This document shows positions 43,718-52,432 of a stretch of 62,333 nt of DNA, piece after piece. The notes beneath the pieces are model-generated. The model ran no database searches. It worked only from the letters and a program-made list of their open reading frames with translations, and was not told the DNA's origin. Origin of the DNA: Candidatus Spyradenecus sp. GTDB lineage: Bacteria > Verrucomicrobiota > Kiritimatiellia > RFP12 > DVOR01. Both the position numbers and the translations under genes were made by a program. The stretch lies in assembly GCA_051884775.1 (NCBI GenBank), contig JBJEVY010000075.1, positions 1-62,333 on the forward strand, read 5' to 3'. The number at the start of each line of letters is the position of its first letter. The stretch's first letter is position 1.

Positions 43718-46700
43718 TTATCGACAGGAGGGCTTGGGGGTGAAGAGGCGGACAAGGCGCGAACCGAGGGCGTGGCGCAGGTGCCAGAGGGCGCGGTACC
43801 AGGCCCAGTTGGCGCGGCGGGGACGCGGCGGAGGGATAATGGAGCTCGCCACCCGGCTCGGCGTGCAGGGGAAGGGACGCAGCCAGCAGACCTCAAGCCC
43901 CAGGGCGCGGAAGAAGTCCCAATCATCGGCCAAGACGCAGACGGCGGCATTCGCGCGCTGGAGGAGACGGGCGGCGGGGCGATTGAGGAGGTAGGCGGCG
44001 GCGCTCCAGGCGCGGGGGGCGGTGGGGCGAAGGGTAAAGTCGGCGGGCTCGGGGGTGCCTTCGGTGAGCGAGCAGCCGTGGAGGAGCCAGAGGGCGGGTC
44101 GGTCGGCCGGGAGGTGGGTGCGAGCGTAAGCGAGGGCGGCATCCAGGCGCGCGCGGTCCAGGCAAATATCGTCTTCCAACATCAGCGCGCAGGTGGCCGA
44201 GCTTTCGAGGAAGCGGGCGTAGGCACGTTGGTGACTGAGGGCGCAGCCGACCTCGGCCGGCAGGAGGCGCCGGGCGTTAGCGAGCCAGAAGCGGAAGCGA
44301 GCGACGCGCGCGCCGGGCGGAATGCCATCGACCGCGCGCAGGCGCTCACAGGGGAAGCCACGCAACTGCGCACGCATCGCGGCCAGACGCCCGGGGGCGC
44401 GGTCGAGATTGATGAAGCAGGCGTAGGGAAGGGTGTGGCGGAGCGGGGCGGCGGCGAGGGGGAAGGGCGGGGCGTACCACGTGCGGCGGGCGCAGTGGAG
44501 AGCGTGGCGAAGCCAGCGCCAACGCTCGAGGGCGTAGGTGAAGGTGCGCAGCGGCCAGGCGTTGCCCGTGCGCAGCAGGTGATGGAGGAAGGGGAGGAAC
44601 TTGCGCTCCAGGACCCCCTCGCGCCAGAGGGGCGAGCGGGTGAGCGCGGCAACCTCGCGCCACAGCTCGGCGATGGCAGCCGGGGACTCGGAGGCGTGGT
44701 CGCGGAGGTATTCAGTGAGCGAGCCCCAACAGAAGTCGGTCATCGCGCGGGCGCCGAGGTCGGTGCGGCCGGTGCGCTCCCAGAGCGCGGTGGCCTCGCG
44801 AAAGGCGCGGCAGAGCTCGGCGGTGCGGCGGGGACGGCGAAGGGCGGAGCCGGGCGTGAGCCGGTAGTCGTAGGCGGCCAGGTTGTCCCAAGCGAGCGCG
44901 CGCAGGTGGGGGATGAGGGCGCTGTAGAAGAGGGCATCCTCCTTATAGGCGTAGCCCGGGGCGAAGCGGAGGGAACCCAAGGTGGCGCGGCGGACTTGGT
45001 AGAGGAAGACCCAGCCCGTCTGCGCGCAGAGCGTCCAGGCGGTGGCCGGCAGCGCCTCGCCCGAGGCACACCCGCTGGCGGGGAAGTTGGGGGGATAGTT
45101 CTCGTGGCGCAGGGAGGTCATCCGCAGGCGGAGGAGATCGGCCTGGGGGTGACGCATGCGCAGGGCCTCGAAGGCGGCGAGGTAGCCGGGGCGGAGGGTG
45201 TCGTCGGCATCCAAGAAGCCAATCCAGGGGGCGGTGGCGCGGTCGAGGGCCCGGTTGCGCGCCCGAGAGACGCCGCCATTGCGCGTATGGAGGATGCGGA
45301 AGCGGCGGTCGGCGCGCGCGGCGGCATCGAGGAGGCAGCCGGTGGCATCGGGCGAACCGTCGTCAACGGCCAGGCAGCGCCAGCGGGGGGAGCTTTGGGC
45401 GCGGAGGGAGGCGAGGAGATCGGGGAGCCAGCGCGCGGCGCGGTAGGCCGGGAGGATGAGGTCGCACGGTTCGGGCTCGGGCGTGGGGGCGGAGAGGCGC
45501 GCGAGCCAGGGGCCGATGCTCTCGGCGAGCGTGGGGGGCGCGGGGGGTGACCAGGGCGCGCGAAGGAATTGGCGCAGGCGCTCGGCGAGGGCGGCAGGGT
45601 CGCGTGGCGGGACGAGCGAGGGGTGGCCGGGGGGGACCCAGTCGTCCGTACCTTGGCCGGCGCAGGCGAGGAAGGGGATGCCGCAGGCGGCGGCCTCGGC
45701 ATAGACGCAGCCATAGCCCTCGAAGACGGAGGGGAGGACGAAGAGGTCGAGGGCACGGAAGAAGTCGGGCAGCGCGCTGTGGTCGCGCTCGGGCTCAAAG
45801 GTGACGTGGCCGCGCAAGGCCGGGGTGCGGCGGATGAAGCGCTCGCAGGCGCGGCGGGTCGGGCCCGTGCCAATGCAGCGCAAACGCCAGCCGGCGGGGA
45901 GATCGGGGGCGGCCAGGCGGAGGGCGCGCAGGAGCGTCAGGTGATCCTTGAGGGGGACGAAGTTGGCCACACAGCCGAGGGTGAAGGGGTGCTCGGCGGC
46001 GGGGGCGGGATGGAAGCGCGCGGGGTCGACCCCGTTGGGCAGCACGGAGGCCGCGCGCAGGGTGAAGGGGCGCAGTCCGCGGAGGCAGCGCATGGCGCGG
46101 CGGTAGTCGCCCCAGAGGGTCCAGCGGCCATCGGGGAGGGCGCGGAAGGCGCGTTCGGCAGCGCGGGAGATGAAGACATGCTCATCGATCTGCGCGTGGC
46201 GCTTGGCGAAGGCGCGGTGGAGGAGGCGCTGGTGGGGGGCAAAGTGGCGCAGGAGGCCTTGGGCGAGGCCCGAATCGTCGAGGCTGTGATGGTGAAGGAG
46301 GGTGCGCAGGCGGGGGTTGAGGGCCTTGAGGGCGAGGGGATACTCGACCATCGGCGAACCGTGGGCGTGGCAGATGGCCACCTCCGCCGGGTCGATGCCC
46401 AGGGCGCTCAGGCGTTGAAGGAAGGCCGCGCAGTTGCGGCGAGCGAACAGGAAGGGGAGAATAAAGCCGCGCAGCGCCCGGCGCGAAAAGCGGTGGACGG
46501 TGAGTTCGCCCTGGAGCGGAGCCGGGAGCGGCAGGGTGTAATCCGCGCCCGGCCCGGGCACGAAGACCGAGACGCGGTAGCCCCCGGCGCGGAGAAGTTC
46601 GCAGACGAAGTCGAAGACAAAGCTGCCGCGCCAGGACTCCGGGGAGGGGAAGTGCTGGGTGACGATGAGATAGCGCGGGGGCTGGGCACAGTCGACAGGG

Positions 46701-46759
46701 CGCATACCGCAATGGTCCAGTGCGCCCGCCGCTGTCATCTCTCCTCTGTCATCTGTCAT
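43718..46759 (-). CDS. Three-domain glycosyltransferase fusion (GT4-like, GT2-like, GT25-like)
   Basis: GT4: LFVLPSVFEGYGCVYAEAAACGIP. GT2: LILPAYRAARWL..CLAVDDGSPD..GFLDADD. GT25-like: YACFINLDRAPGR..GCALSHQRAY..LEDD. The ATG at 46759 has a GAGGAG SD 7 nt upstream; an alternative ATG is at 46705. Confidence 0.75.
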   Translation of the reverse strand: MTDDRGEMTAAGALDHCGMRPVDCAQPPRYLIVTQHFPSPESWRGSFVFDFVCELLRAGGYRVSVFVPGPGADYTLPLPAPLQGELTVHRFSRRALRGFILPFLFARRNCAAFLQRLSALGIDPAEVAICHAHGSPMVEYPLALKALNPRLRTLLHHHSLDDSGLAQGLLRHFAPHQRLLHRAFAKRHAQIDEHVFISRAAERAFRALPDGRWTLWGDYRRAMRCLRGLRPFTLRAASVLPNGVDPARFHPAPAAEHPFTLGCVANFVPLKDHLTLLRALRLAAPDLPAGWRLRCIGTGPTRRACERFIRRTPALRGHVTFEPERDHSALPDFFRALDLFVLPSVFEGYGCVYAEAAACGIPFLACAGQGTDDWVPPGHPSLVPPRDPAALAERLRQFLRAPWSPPAPPTLAESIGPWLARLSAPTPEPEPCDLILPAYRAARWLPDLLASLRAQSSPRWRCLAVDDGSPDATGCLLDAAARADRRFRILHTRNGGVSRARNRALDRATAPWIGFLDADDTLRPGYLAAFEALRMRHPQADLLRLRMTSLRHENYPPNFPASGCASGEALPATAWTLCAQTGWVFLYQVRRATLGSLRFAPGYAYKEDALFYSALIPHLRALAWDNLAAYDYRLTPGSALRRPRRTAELCRAFREATALWERTGRTDLGARAMTDFCWGSLTEYLRDHASESPAAIAELWREVAALTRSPLWREGVLERKFLPFLHHLLRTGNAWPLRTFTYALERWRWLRHALHCARRTWYAPPFPLAAAPLRHTLPYACFINLDRAPGRLAAMRAQLRGFPCERLRAVDGIPPGARVARFRFWLANARRLLPAEVGCALSHQRAYARFLESSATCALMLEDDICLDRARLDAALAYARTHLPADRPALWLLHGCSLTEGTPEPADFTLRPTAPRAWSAAAYLLNRPAARLLQRANAAVCVLADDWDFFRALGLEVCWLRPFPCTPSRVASSIIPPPRPRRANWAWYRALWHLRHALGSRLVRLFTPKPSCR

Positions 46760-46777
46760 CCGTCATCTCCTCTCACC
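46731..46777 (-). repeat. GATGACA/GAGGAGA heptad array spanning the ung stop, the SD and the start codon of the glycosyltransferase fusion
   Basis: Minus strand reads TGA-gaggaga tgacgga tgacaga tgacaga ggagaga tgacagc. The repeat itself contains the GAGGAG and ATG elements. Confidence 0.8.
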
Positions 46778-47426
46778 AGTCGATGGGCTGCTGGCCGTGG
46801 GCGAGGAGGTAGGCATTGGCTTGGGAGAAGTGGCGGCAGCCGAAGAAGCCGTTGTAGGCCGAGAGGGGCGAGGGGTGCGCGGCGGTCAGCACCAGGTGGC
46901 GGGCGGGATCGATGAGCGCGCGCTTGGCCTTGGCCTTCGAGCCCCAGAGGAGGAAGACCACGTGCTCGCGGCGTTCGTTGACGGTGCGGATAATGGCATC
47001 GGTGAAGGCCTCCCACCCCAGGCCGGCGTGCGAGAGCGGGGCGTGGGCGCGCACGGTAAGCACGGCATTGAGCAGGAGGACGCCCTGCCGCGCCCAAGGG
47101 GTCAGGTCGCCCAAGGTGATGTGGGCCGGGCGGCCGAGGTCGGAGGCGATTTCGGTGAGGATATTGCGCAGGGAGGGCGGCGGCTGAGTGGGCGGCTGAA
47201 CCGAGAAGGCTAGTCCGTGGGCGTGGCCGGGCGTGGGATAAGGATCCTGCCCCAGGATGACCACGCGCGTCTGAGCCAGGTGGCAGAGCTGGAGCGCGGC
47301 ATAAATGTGTTCGCGCGCCGGGAGGATTTGCTCGCAATCGTAGGCGGAGCGAACCCGAGCACGGAGGGCGGCGAAGTCGGCGCTCGTGATGAAGGGCTCC
47401 AGGGCATCACGCCAATCGGTGCGCAC
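46773..47426 (-). CDS. ung: Uracil-DNA glycosylase (family 1)
   Basis: VILGQDPYP and AAHPSPLSA motifs. The GTG start lies 5 nt after the upstream stop. Confidence 0.9.
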   Translation of the reverse strand: MRTDWRDALEPFITSADFAALRARVRSAYDCEQILPAREHIYAALQLCHLAQTRVVILGQDPYPTPGHAHGLAFSVQPPTQPPPSLRNILTEIASDLGRPAHITLGDLTPWARQGVLLLNAVLTVRAHAPLSHAGLGWEAFTDAIIRTVNERREHVVFLLWGSKAKAKRALIDPARHLVLTAAHPSPLSAYNGFFGCRHFSQANAYLLAHGQQPIDW

Positions 47427-47431
47427 GGGGG

Positions 47432-47875
47432 CTACTCCTCGTCGTTGAAGCAGTCGGTCGGCTCGGCCATGGTCTTGGGGTCGCGCGGCGCGTAGTAGTC
47501 GCGGAAGGCCTCGGTGAAGTCGTAGACCGCATGGAAGTCGGAGAGGGAGTCGGACTGGGTCTTGCCGAAGATGCCCACGGAGATGAGATTGTAGACGAGG
47601 TTACCGATGTCGTCGGTGGAGCGGATATTCATCTCATCGAGGAGATCTGCGGCGAAGGGACCAAACTCGGCGAGGAGGTAGTCGCGGAAGCCGAGAGCTA
47701 GCTGGCGGCCGGAGACATGCCCCTGCGGGCGCGGCGGCTCGCCGGGGTCAACCGGGGCCGGATGGCGGACGGTGTAATCGATCACCGCCGGCATGAGGTC
47801 GTAGGCACGGGCCGGATAGCGCTTGTCATGCGCCAAAATCCGGGCAACGGCCTTATCAAAGCGCTTATCTCGCAT
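47432..47875 (-). CDS. Conserved hypothetical protein (147 aa, acidic C-terminus)
   Basis: The ATG at 47875 has a GGAGAG SD. No motif was recognised with confidence. It sits between hisF and ung with short gaps. Confidence 0.55.
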   Translation of the reverse strand: MRDKRFDKAVARILAHDKRYPARAYDLMPAVIDYTVRHPAPVDPGEPPRPQGHVSGRQLALGFRDYLLAEFGPFAADLLDEMNIRSTDDIGNLVYNLISVGIFGKTQSDSLSDFHAVYDFTEAFRDYYAPRDPKTMAEPTDCFNDEE

Positions 47876-47885
47876 AACGCCTCTC

Positions 47886-48656
47886 CTAGCGCACGGGGAT
47901 GGCCGCCGCGCGCAGCGCCTGCTTAATGCCCTGGCAGGTGTAGCCCATCGTGTGAACCATTGAAGCAACGAGCGCGGCATCGGCCTTGCCCGCGGTCAGC
48001 ACCTCCACCAGATGCTGCGGTGCGCCGGCCCCGCCCGAAGCGATGACCGGCACCTTCACCGCTTCGCTCACTTGGCGAGTAATCTCCAGCTCGTAGCCTT
48101 CGCGCACGCCATCGGTGTCGATCGCGTTCAGGCAAATCTCACCCGCGCCCAGAGCCACCGCCTCCTTGGCCCAGGCCACAGCATCGCGTCCGGTGGGCTC
48201 GCGACCGCCCCGGATGACCACCTCGTAGCCCGAGGGGATAGCCGCCGAAACGCCCACGCGCTTGGCATCCATCCCCAGCACCACGCACTGGCGACCAAAG
48301 GCGCGCGCGCCCTCGGCCAAGATCTCGGGTTTCTCCACAGCCAGGGAGTTGAGCGAAACCTTGTCTGCGCCGGCCAGAAGCGCTGCGCGCATATCCTCCA
48401 CCCCGCGGATGCCCCCGCCAACGGTGAAGGGAATGGTGAGGGCGCGGGCGGCGCGCTCGACCATCTCCAGGTCGCAGCGGCGGTGTTCGGCGCTGGCGGT
48501 GATGTCGTAGAAGACCATCTCATCGGCGCCCTCATCGCAGTAGCGCGCGGCCATCTCCACGGGGTCGCCCACGTCGATATTGCCCTTAAACTTCACGCCC
48601 TTGGTGACGCGCCCATTGCGCACGTCTAGGCAGACAATCAAGCGTTTCAGGAGCAT
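47886..48656 (-). CDS. hisF: Imidazole glycerol phosphate synthase, cyclase subunit
   Basis: [26 protein letters not shown] and IASGGAG motifs. Confidence 0.95.
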   Translation of the reverse strand: MLLKRLIVCLDVRNGRVTKGVKFKGNIDVGDPVEMAARYCDEGADEMVFYDITASAEHRRCDLEMVERAARALTIPFTVGGGIRGVEDMRAALLAGADKVSLNSLAVEKPEILAEGARAFGRQCVVLGMDAKRVGVSAAIPSGYEVVIRGGREPTGRDAVAWAKEAVALGAGEICLNAIDTDGVREGYELEITRQVSEAVKVPVIASGGAGAPQHLVEVLTAGKADAALVASMVHTMGYTCQGIKQALRAAAIPVR

Positions 48657-48657
48657 C

Positions 48658-49272
48658 TCAGGCCTCCCAGGCAAGGAAGTTGCGCAAGAGTTGTTCGCCC
48701 GCGCGGCCACTGCGCTCGGGGTGGAACTGCGTGGCCACCAGCGAGCCGCGGCCGATGACCGCAGCAAAGCGCTCGCCGCAGTACTCCGTCCGCCCGAGGA
48801 TATCCGCCTCGCACGCGGGTTTGGCAAAGTAGGAGTGAACAAAGTAGAAGGCTTCACCCTGGGCGATGTTGGCAAAGAGGGGATGCTCAACGTGGTCGAG
48901 GGTGTTCCAGCCCATGTGCGGAATCTTGGCTTCGGGATCCTTAGCCGGGTCAAAGCCCACGCACGCGCCGGGAATGAGTCCGAGCCCCGCCGTGCCGCCA
49001 TCTTCTGCCGAGGTGTCCAAAAGCAGCTGCATCCCCAGGCAAATCCCCAGCACCGGCACTCCGCGCTTGACCTGTTGCGCGAGCAAGGTGTCAAAGCCAC
49101 GTGTGCGTACGCCAGCTATCCCGCTCCCGGCCGAACCCACGCCCGGGAAGACCAACCGCCCGCCCGTAAACTGCGCGGCATCGATAATCACCCGGGGCTG
49201 CTCCCCGAGTCGCTCAAAGGCCAAGCAGACGCTTGTCAGGTTGCCGGCCCCATAATCCAATATCGTAACCAT
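48658..49272 (-). CDS. hisH: Imidazole glycerol phosphate synthase, glutamine amidotransferase subunit
   Basis: ILDYGAGNL, catalytic GICLGMQLL and ATQFHPE motifs. Confidence 0.95.
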   Translation of the reverse strand: MVTILDYGAGNLTSVCLAFERLGEQPRVIIDAAQFTGGRLVFPGVGSAGSGIAGVRTRGFDTLLAQQVKRGVPVLGICLGMQLLLDTSAEDGGTAGLGLIPGACVGFDPAKDPEAKIPHMGWNTLDHVEHPLFANIAQGEAFYFVHSYFAKPACEADILGRTEYCGERFAAVIGRGSLVATQFHPERSGRAGEQLLRNFLAWEA

Positions 49273-49278
49273 AGGGCT

Positions 49279-49323
49279 ATTGTAGCAAAAGCGCGCTGCG
49301 CGCGCGTGAACGGTGAACGGTGG
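49279..49323 (-). promoter_or_regulatory. Heptads plus GC hairpin plus TTTTGCTACAAT located 6 nt upstream of the hisH ATG (possible leaderless start)
   Basis: Minus strand reads CACCGTTCACCGTTCAC-GCGCGCGCAGCGCGC-TTTTGCTACAAT-agccct-ATG. Confidence 0.5.
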
Positions 49324-49460
49324 CGGCTGCGCCGCGGGGAGGGGGCCCTGCGGGCCGAGCGGTGCGGCTGCGCCGCGTAAGGCGCGTGCCGCGACAGGCA
49401 AGCTGGGGCGGCAACGGTCGAAGGGACCGAACTCCTAACGCCGCCGGGGACGGCGGCGGT

Positions 49461-49519
49461 CAAAACGGGCGACGCTGCTAACACGATGGGCAAAACGGGC
49501 GACGCGCTAATACGATGGG
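49461..49519 (+). repeat. 30-nt direct repeat x2 (CAAAACGGGCGACGC(T)GCTAAYACGATGGG)
   Basis: Copies at 49461-49490 and 49491-49519. Confidence 0.8.
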
Positions 49520-49520
49520 T

Positions 49521-49566
49521 AAAGCAAAGGCCCCGCGAGCGTGTTACCACAGCTCAGGCGGGGCCT
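49521..49566 (-). terminator. Stem-loop downstream of the PpiD-like gene
   Basis: aggccccgc (49528-49536) pairs with gcggggcct (49558-49566). On the minus strand it is followed by TTGCTTT. The loop is large (21 nt). Confidence 0.45.
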
Positions 49567-49586
49567 GCTTGGAGAACGCCAGCGCG

Positions 49587-51260
49587 TTATTCTGCGGCGG
49601 CGGGTTCTTCCTCTGCGGCGAAGAGGGGATAGCCCTCGGCGTTGGTGAGGGACTGGCGGGCCAAGTTCCAGGTGAGCCAATCTTCGGCCACCAAGAAGGC
49701 GGTGCGCGGCTGGGCAACATCGGTGCGGCGCGTAGTCTTCTGGAGGGCATCGCCGGCCTGACGATCGGCCACATAGACGAAGAGGAGGTCGTTGCCCGGC
49801 AGAAGAATCGGCTCGGAGAGGGCCTTGACGCCGAGGGTGCCCACCGCGCTCATCACTTCGGCACGGTTGGGAATCTCGAGCTTGGCCGAGTCGGAGAGGA
49901 CGCAGGTAACGGCGGTCGAAGCGGTCAGCCCTTCCACCGCGCAGGCGGCGACGGCCTTGTCAAAGGCGCTCTCGGTGGCAAGAGCCTCCAGGAGCTTGGT
50001 GCGCAACGCCTCGCCATTGGCCTTCTGGCGCTTGGCCAGGAGGTCGCGGCGCAGATCGGCCTGCACGCGCGCCTTGACATCGGCCAGCGGCTCAACATGC
50101 TTGGCGGTAATCTTCTGCAGCTGCACCAGGTAGACGCGGTCGGTGCCCGAAACGGCATTGAAGTTGTTCTCGGTTTCGTCCATCTCGAAGACCGAGCCGA
50201 TGAGCTCGGAGGCGTTCTGGAAGCCGAAGGGGCGATCCTGGCGGACGGTGGTCTGCTTGGGCTCGCCATAGTCCTTGGCCGCTTCGGCCAGACCGGCCAC
50301 CTGGGCCTTGGCCACGAGCTGCTCGTTGACGATGGTCTGGGCGAGCTCAAGGGCCTTTTCGGCGCGGGCCTTGGCAATCACCTGCTCCTTGACCTCTTCG
50401 TAGGGGAGGACCTGGGTGGCATTGGTGCCGGTACCCTTGAACTCCTCGCTGTGGTCGTCGTAGTACTGCATCGCGTCCATCTCTTCGATCGTGACCTGCG
50501 CCTCAAAGGCGGAGGCGGGCACTTCAACATAGGCAATGGTGCGCTGTTCAGGGAGGGTGTAGGTTTCGGCATGGCCGTCATACCACGCCTGCACCTCGGC
50601 CTCGGGCGTTTCAATCTCCTCGACCTTGAGGGTGTTCTTGAGGGTGGCGGTGTAGAGGGTGGTGGTGTCGTAGAGGGCATCGAGGAGGAAATCCTGCTCC
50701 ATGGGCGAAACCCAACCCACGGCATTGAAGACGCAGGAGGTCATCGTCTGCGCAGGCAGCCAAACGGTGGCGAAGGTCTTCTCGAAGAGCGAGGCCTCGG
50801 CGTAGTTATTGCGCGAGAGGAAGGCGCGGTAGTAACCGGGATTGAAGACGCCCTGACCATCAGTGAAGAAGCGAGAGAGGACCTGCTCGGCACCGGCCTG
50901 GGTGGTGGTGAGGCCGTGGTTCAAGGCCACTTCACGCGCGGCAAGCAACTTCCACACCGCCTGACGGCGCGCCTGGGCCGCTTCCTCACTCTCGCCCGGA
51001 TCGGTGCGCATCAGCGCGCCGAAAATCTGCGCGCTCGGCGGCAGGAAGTAGGCATACTCCGAGAGGATGGAGAGGGTCTTGGCAGCGCTTTCGCTCTCCT
51101 GATAGGTCACCGCATTGCCATCCAGAAAACCGGCCACATTGGCGTTGGGCGCGGAGCTCCGGCAAGAATCGGCCACCACGAAGGCGAAGACCATCAGCAG
51201 GGCCAGAAAGCCCCAAATCAACTTGCTCTTAATCAGACGGGAGAAGTGGTAGATGAACAT
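49587..51260 (-). CDS. PpiD/SurA-N-like membrane-anchored periplasmic chaperone
   Basis: N-terminal anchor LIWGFLALLMVFAFVVA and PpiD-like length and composition. No clear parvulin catalytic motif was seen. Confidence 0.6.
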   Translation of the reverse strand: MFIYHFSRLIKSKLIWGFLALLMVFAFVVADSCRSSAPNANVAGFLDGNAVTYQESESAAKTLSILSEYAYFLPPSAQIFGALMRTDPGESEEAAQARRQAVWKLLAAREVALNHGLTTTQAGAEQVLSRFFTDGQGVFNPGYYRAFLSRNNYAEASLFEKTFATVWLPAQTMTSCVFNAVGWVSPMEQDFLLDALYDTTTLYTATLKNTLKVEEIETPEAEVQAWYDGHAETYTLPEQRTIAYVEVPASAFEAQVTIEEMDAMQYYDDHSEEFKGTGTNATQVLPYEEVKEQVIAKARAEKALELAQTIVNEQLVAKAQVAGLAEAAKDYGEPKQTTVRQDRPFGFQNASELIGSVFEMDETENNFNAVSGTDRVYLVQLQKITAKHVEPLADVKARVQADLRRDLLAKRQKANGEALRTKLLEALATESAFDKAVAACAVEGLTASTAVTCVLSDSAKLEIPNRAEVMSAVGTLGVKALSEPILLPGNDLLFVYVADRQAGDALQKTTRRTDVAQPRTAFLVAEDWLTWNLARQSLTNAEGYPLFAAEEEPAAAE

Positions 51261-51307
51261 AATCTGTATCGTGTGTTGTGTGAGAAAAGACGTCCGACCC
51301 GCGCTGA

Positions 51308-52270
51308 TTAGAGCAGGTCGCCGTCGTCAAAGTCGCCAAAGTCATCCGAGGTCGTACCGGAGGTTTCGTCTCCGCCCTCTTCACCCAGCTCCTCGCCTTC
51401 CTCTTCTTCGGCAAAGACCTCTTCAAAGAGTTCGCCGGTGCGGAAGCCTTCGCCGCGGTTCTCGACATAGGCAAAGTAGTTCTTCGCCTTCCCATTATTA
51501 TAGAGCGTAAGCACCGAGACGGTCCAGTTATCCGAGGCACGGGCCTTGGCACGGGTAATCTTGACCGTCGAACCGGGCTGCAGGGGGAAGGTGGTTGTCT
51601 TGCCGGCACCGGAAGGTAGGTCGAGCTTCACTTCGCCCACGCGCCCGGTCACTTCCGTCAAGGCTTCGGAGGCTTCGGCGCCGATAAAGGCATTGGTCTG
51701 CGTCAACTCCGGGGCCGAGAAGTGCTTGCCCTGGAAGCTCGCCGTGCCCGAGAGCAGACGGAAGAAGAAGTTCTCATCGCTCAATTCCGCACCCGGAGCC
51801 ACCTGGTCCATCCGCAAACGCGAACGGCCAACCAGCGAACCAAAAGTTCCCAGCGGCGTCACCACCTGGAACTGACCCGGCTGCACGCGGTCATCCACCG
51901 CCACATTGCACTCGCCGTAGTCCACCGCCACGGTCACGGCCGACCAATCGTCATTGCTCTTCGGGCAGAACTTTGCCGGACCGCGCACCGCCACATAGGT
52001 AAACGGCTCGAAGTTGACGCGCACCTTGGTCCCTTCAGTCACCGTAAAGACCGTTCCATAGGGATAGGCCTTGTAGGGCACCACGGGGACGGCCGCTTCC
52101 GCGCCAGGCTTGAGCACCATCACGCCGGCGCCTTCGCCCGCAACCGCCAACTCGCCCACCTTGACCAAGGCCTCAAAGCGCACCGGCTTGGCTTCGGCTT
52201 CCTGGGCATAGACCACCGGCGCACCGAGCACCAAGCCCAGGGCCAACAACATCATCGGTTTGCGAACCAT
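51308..52270 (-). CDS. Secreted beta-rich protein with strongly acidic C-terminal tail, function unknown
   Basis: Signal peptide MMLLALGLVLGAPVVYAQ. The tail is FAEEEEGEELGEEGGDETSGTTSDDFGDFDDGDLL. AAAGGAG SD. Confidence 0.65.
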   Translation of the reverse strand: MVRKPMMLLALGLVLGAPVVYAQEAEAKPVRFEALVKVGELAVAGEGAGVMVLKPGAEAAVPVVPYKAYPYGTVFTVTEGTKVRVNFEPFTYVAVRGPAKFCPKSNDDWSAVTVAVDYGECNVAVDDRVQPGQFQVVTPLGTFGSLVGRSRLRMDQVAPGAELSDENFFFRLLSGTASFQGKHFSAPELTQTNAFIGAEASEALTEVTGRVGEVKLDLPSGAGKTTTFPLQPGSTVKITRAKARASDNWTVSVLTLYNNGKAKNYFAYVENRGEGFRTGELFEEVFAEEEEGEELGEEGGDETSGTTSDDFGDFDDGDLL

Positions 52271-52339
52271 TCTCGGCTCCTTTCTCTGCGCGGAAAGACC
52301 TGTATCTCACCACGGCTCTGTCAACTTCTAGTTGCGTAT

Positions 52340-52348
52340 AGTGTAGCA
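52340..52348 (-). promoter_or_regulatory. Candidate extended -10 (TGCTACACT)
   Basis: About 70 nt upstream of the ATG at 52270. Confidence 0.4.
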
Positions 52349-52432
52349 CGCCCAACCCCTTGGTGCAAGCAGAAAACGCGAAAGTCCCTGCCTGCGCAGT
52401 CACCTGGTCCGCGCGCAGCGAGAGCGTACGGC

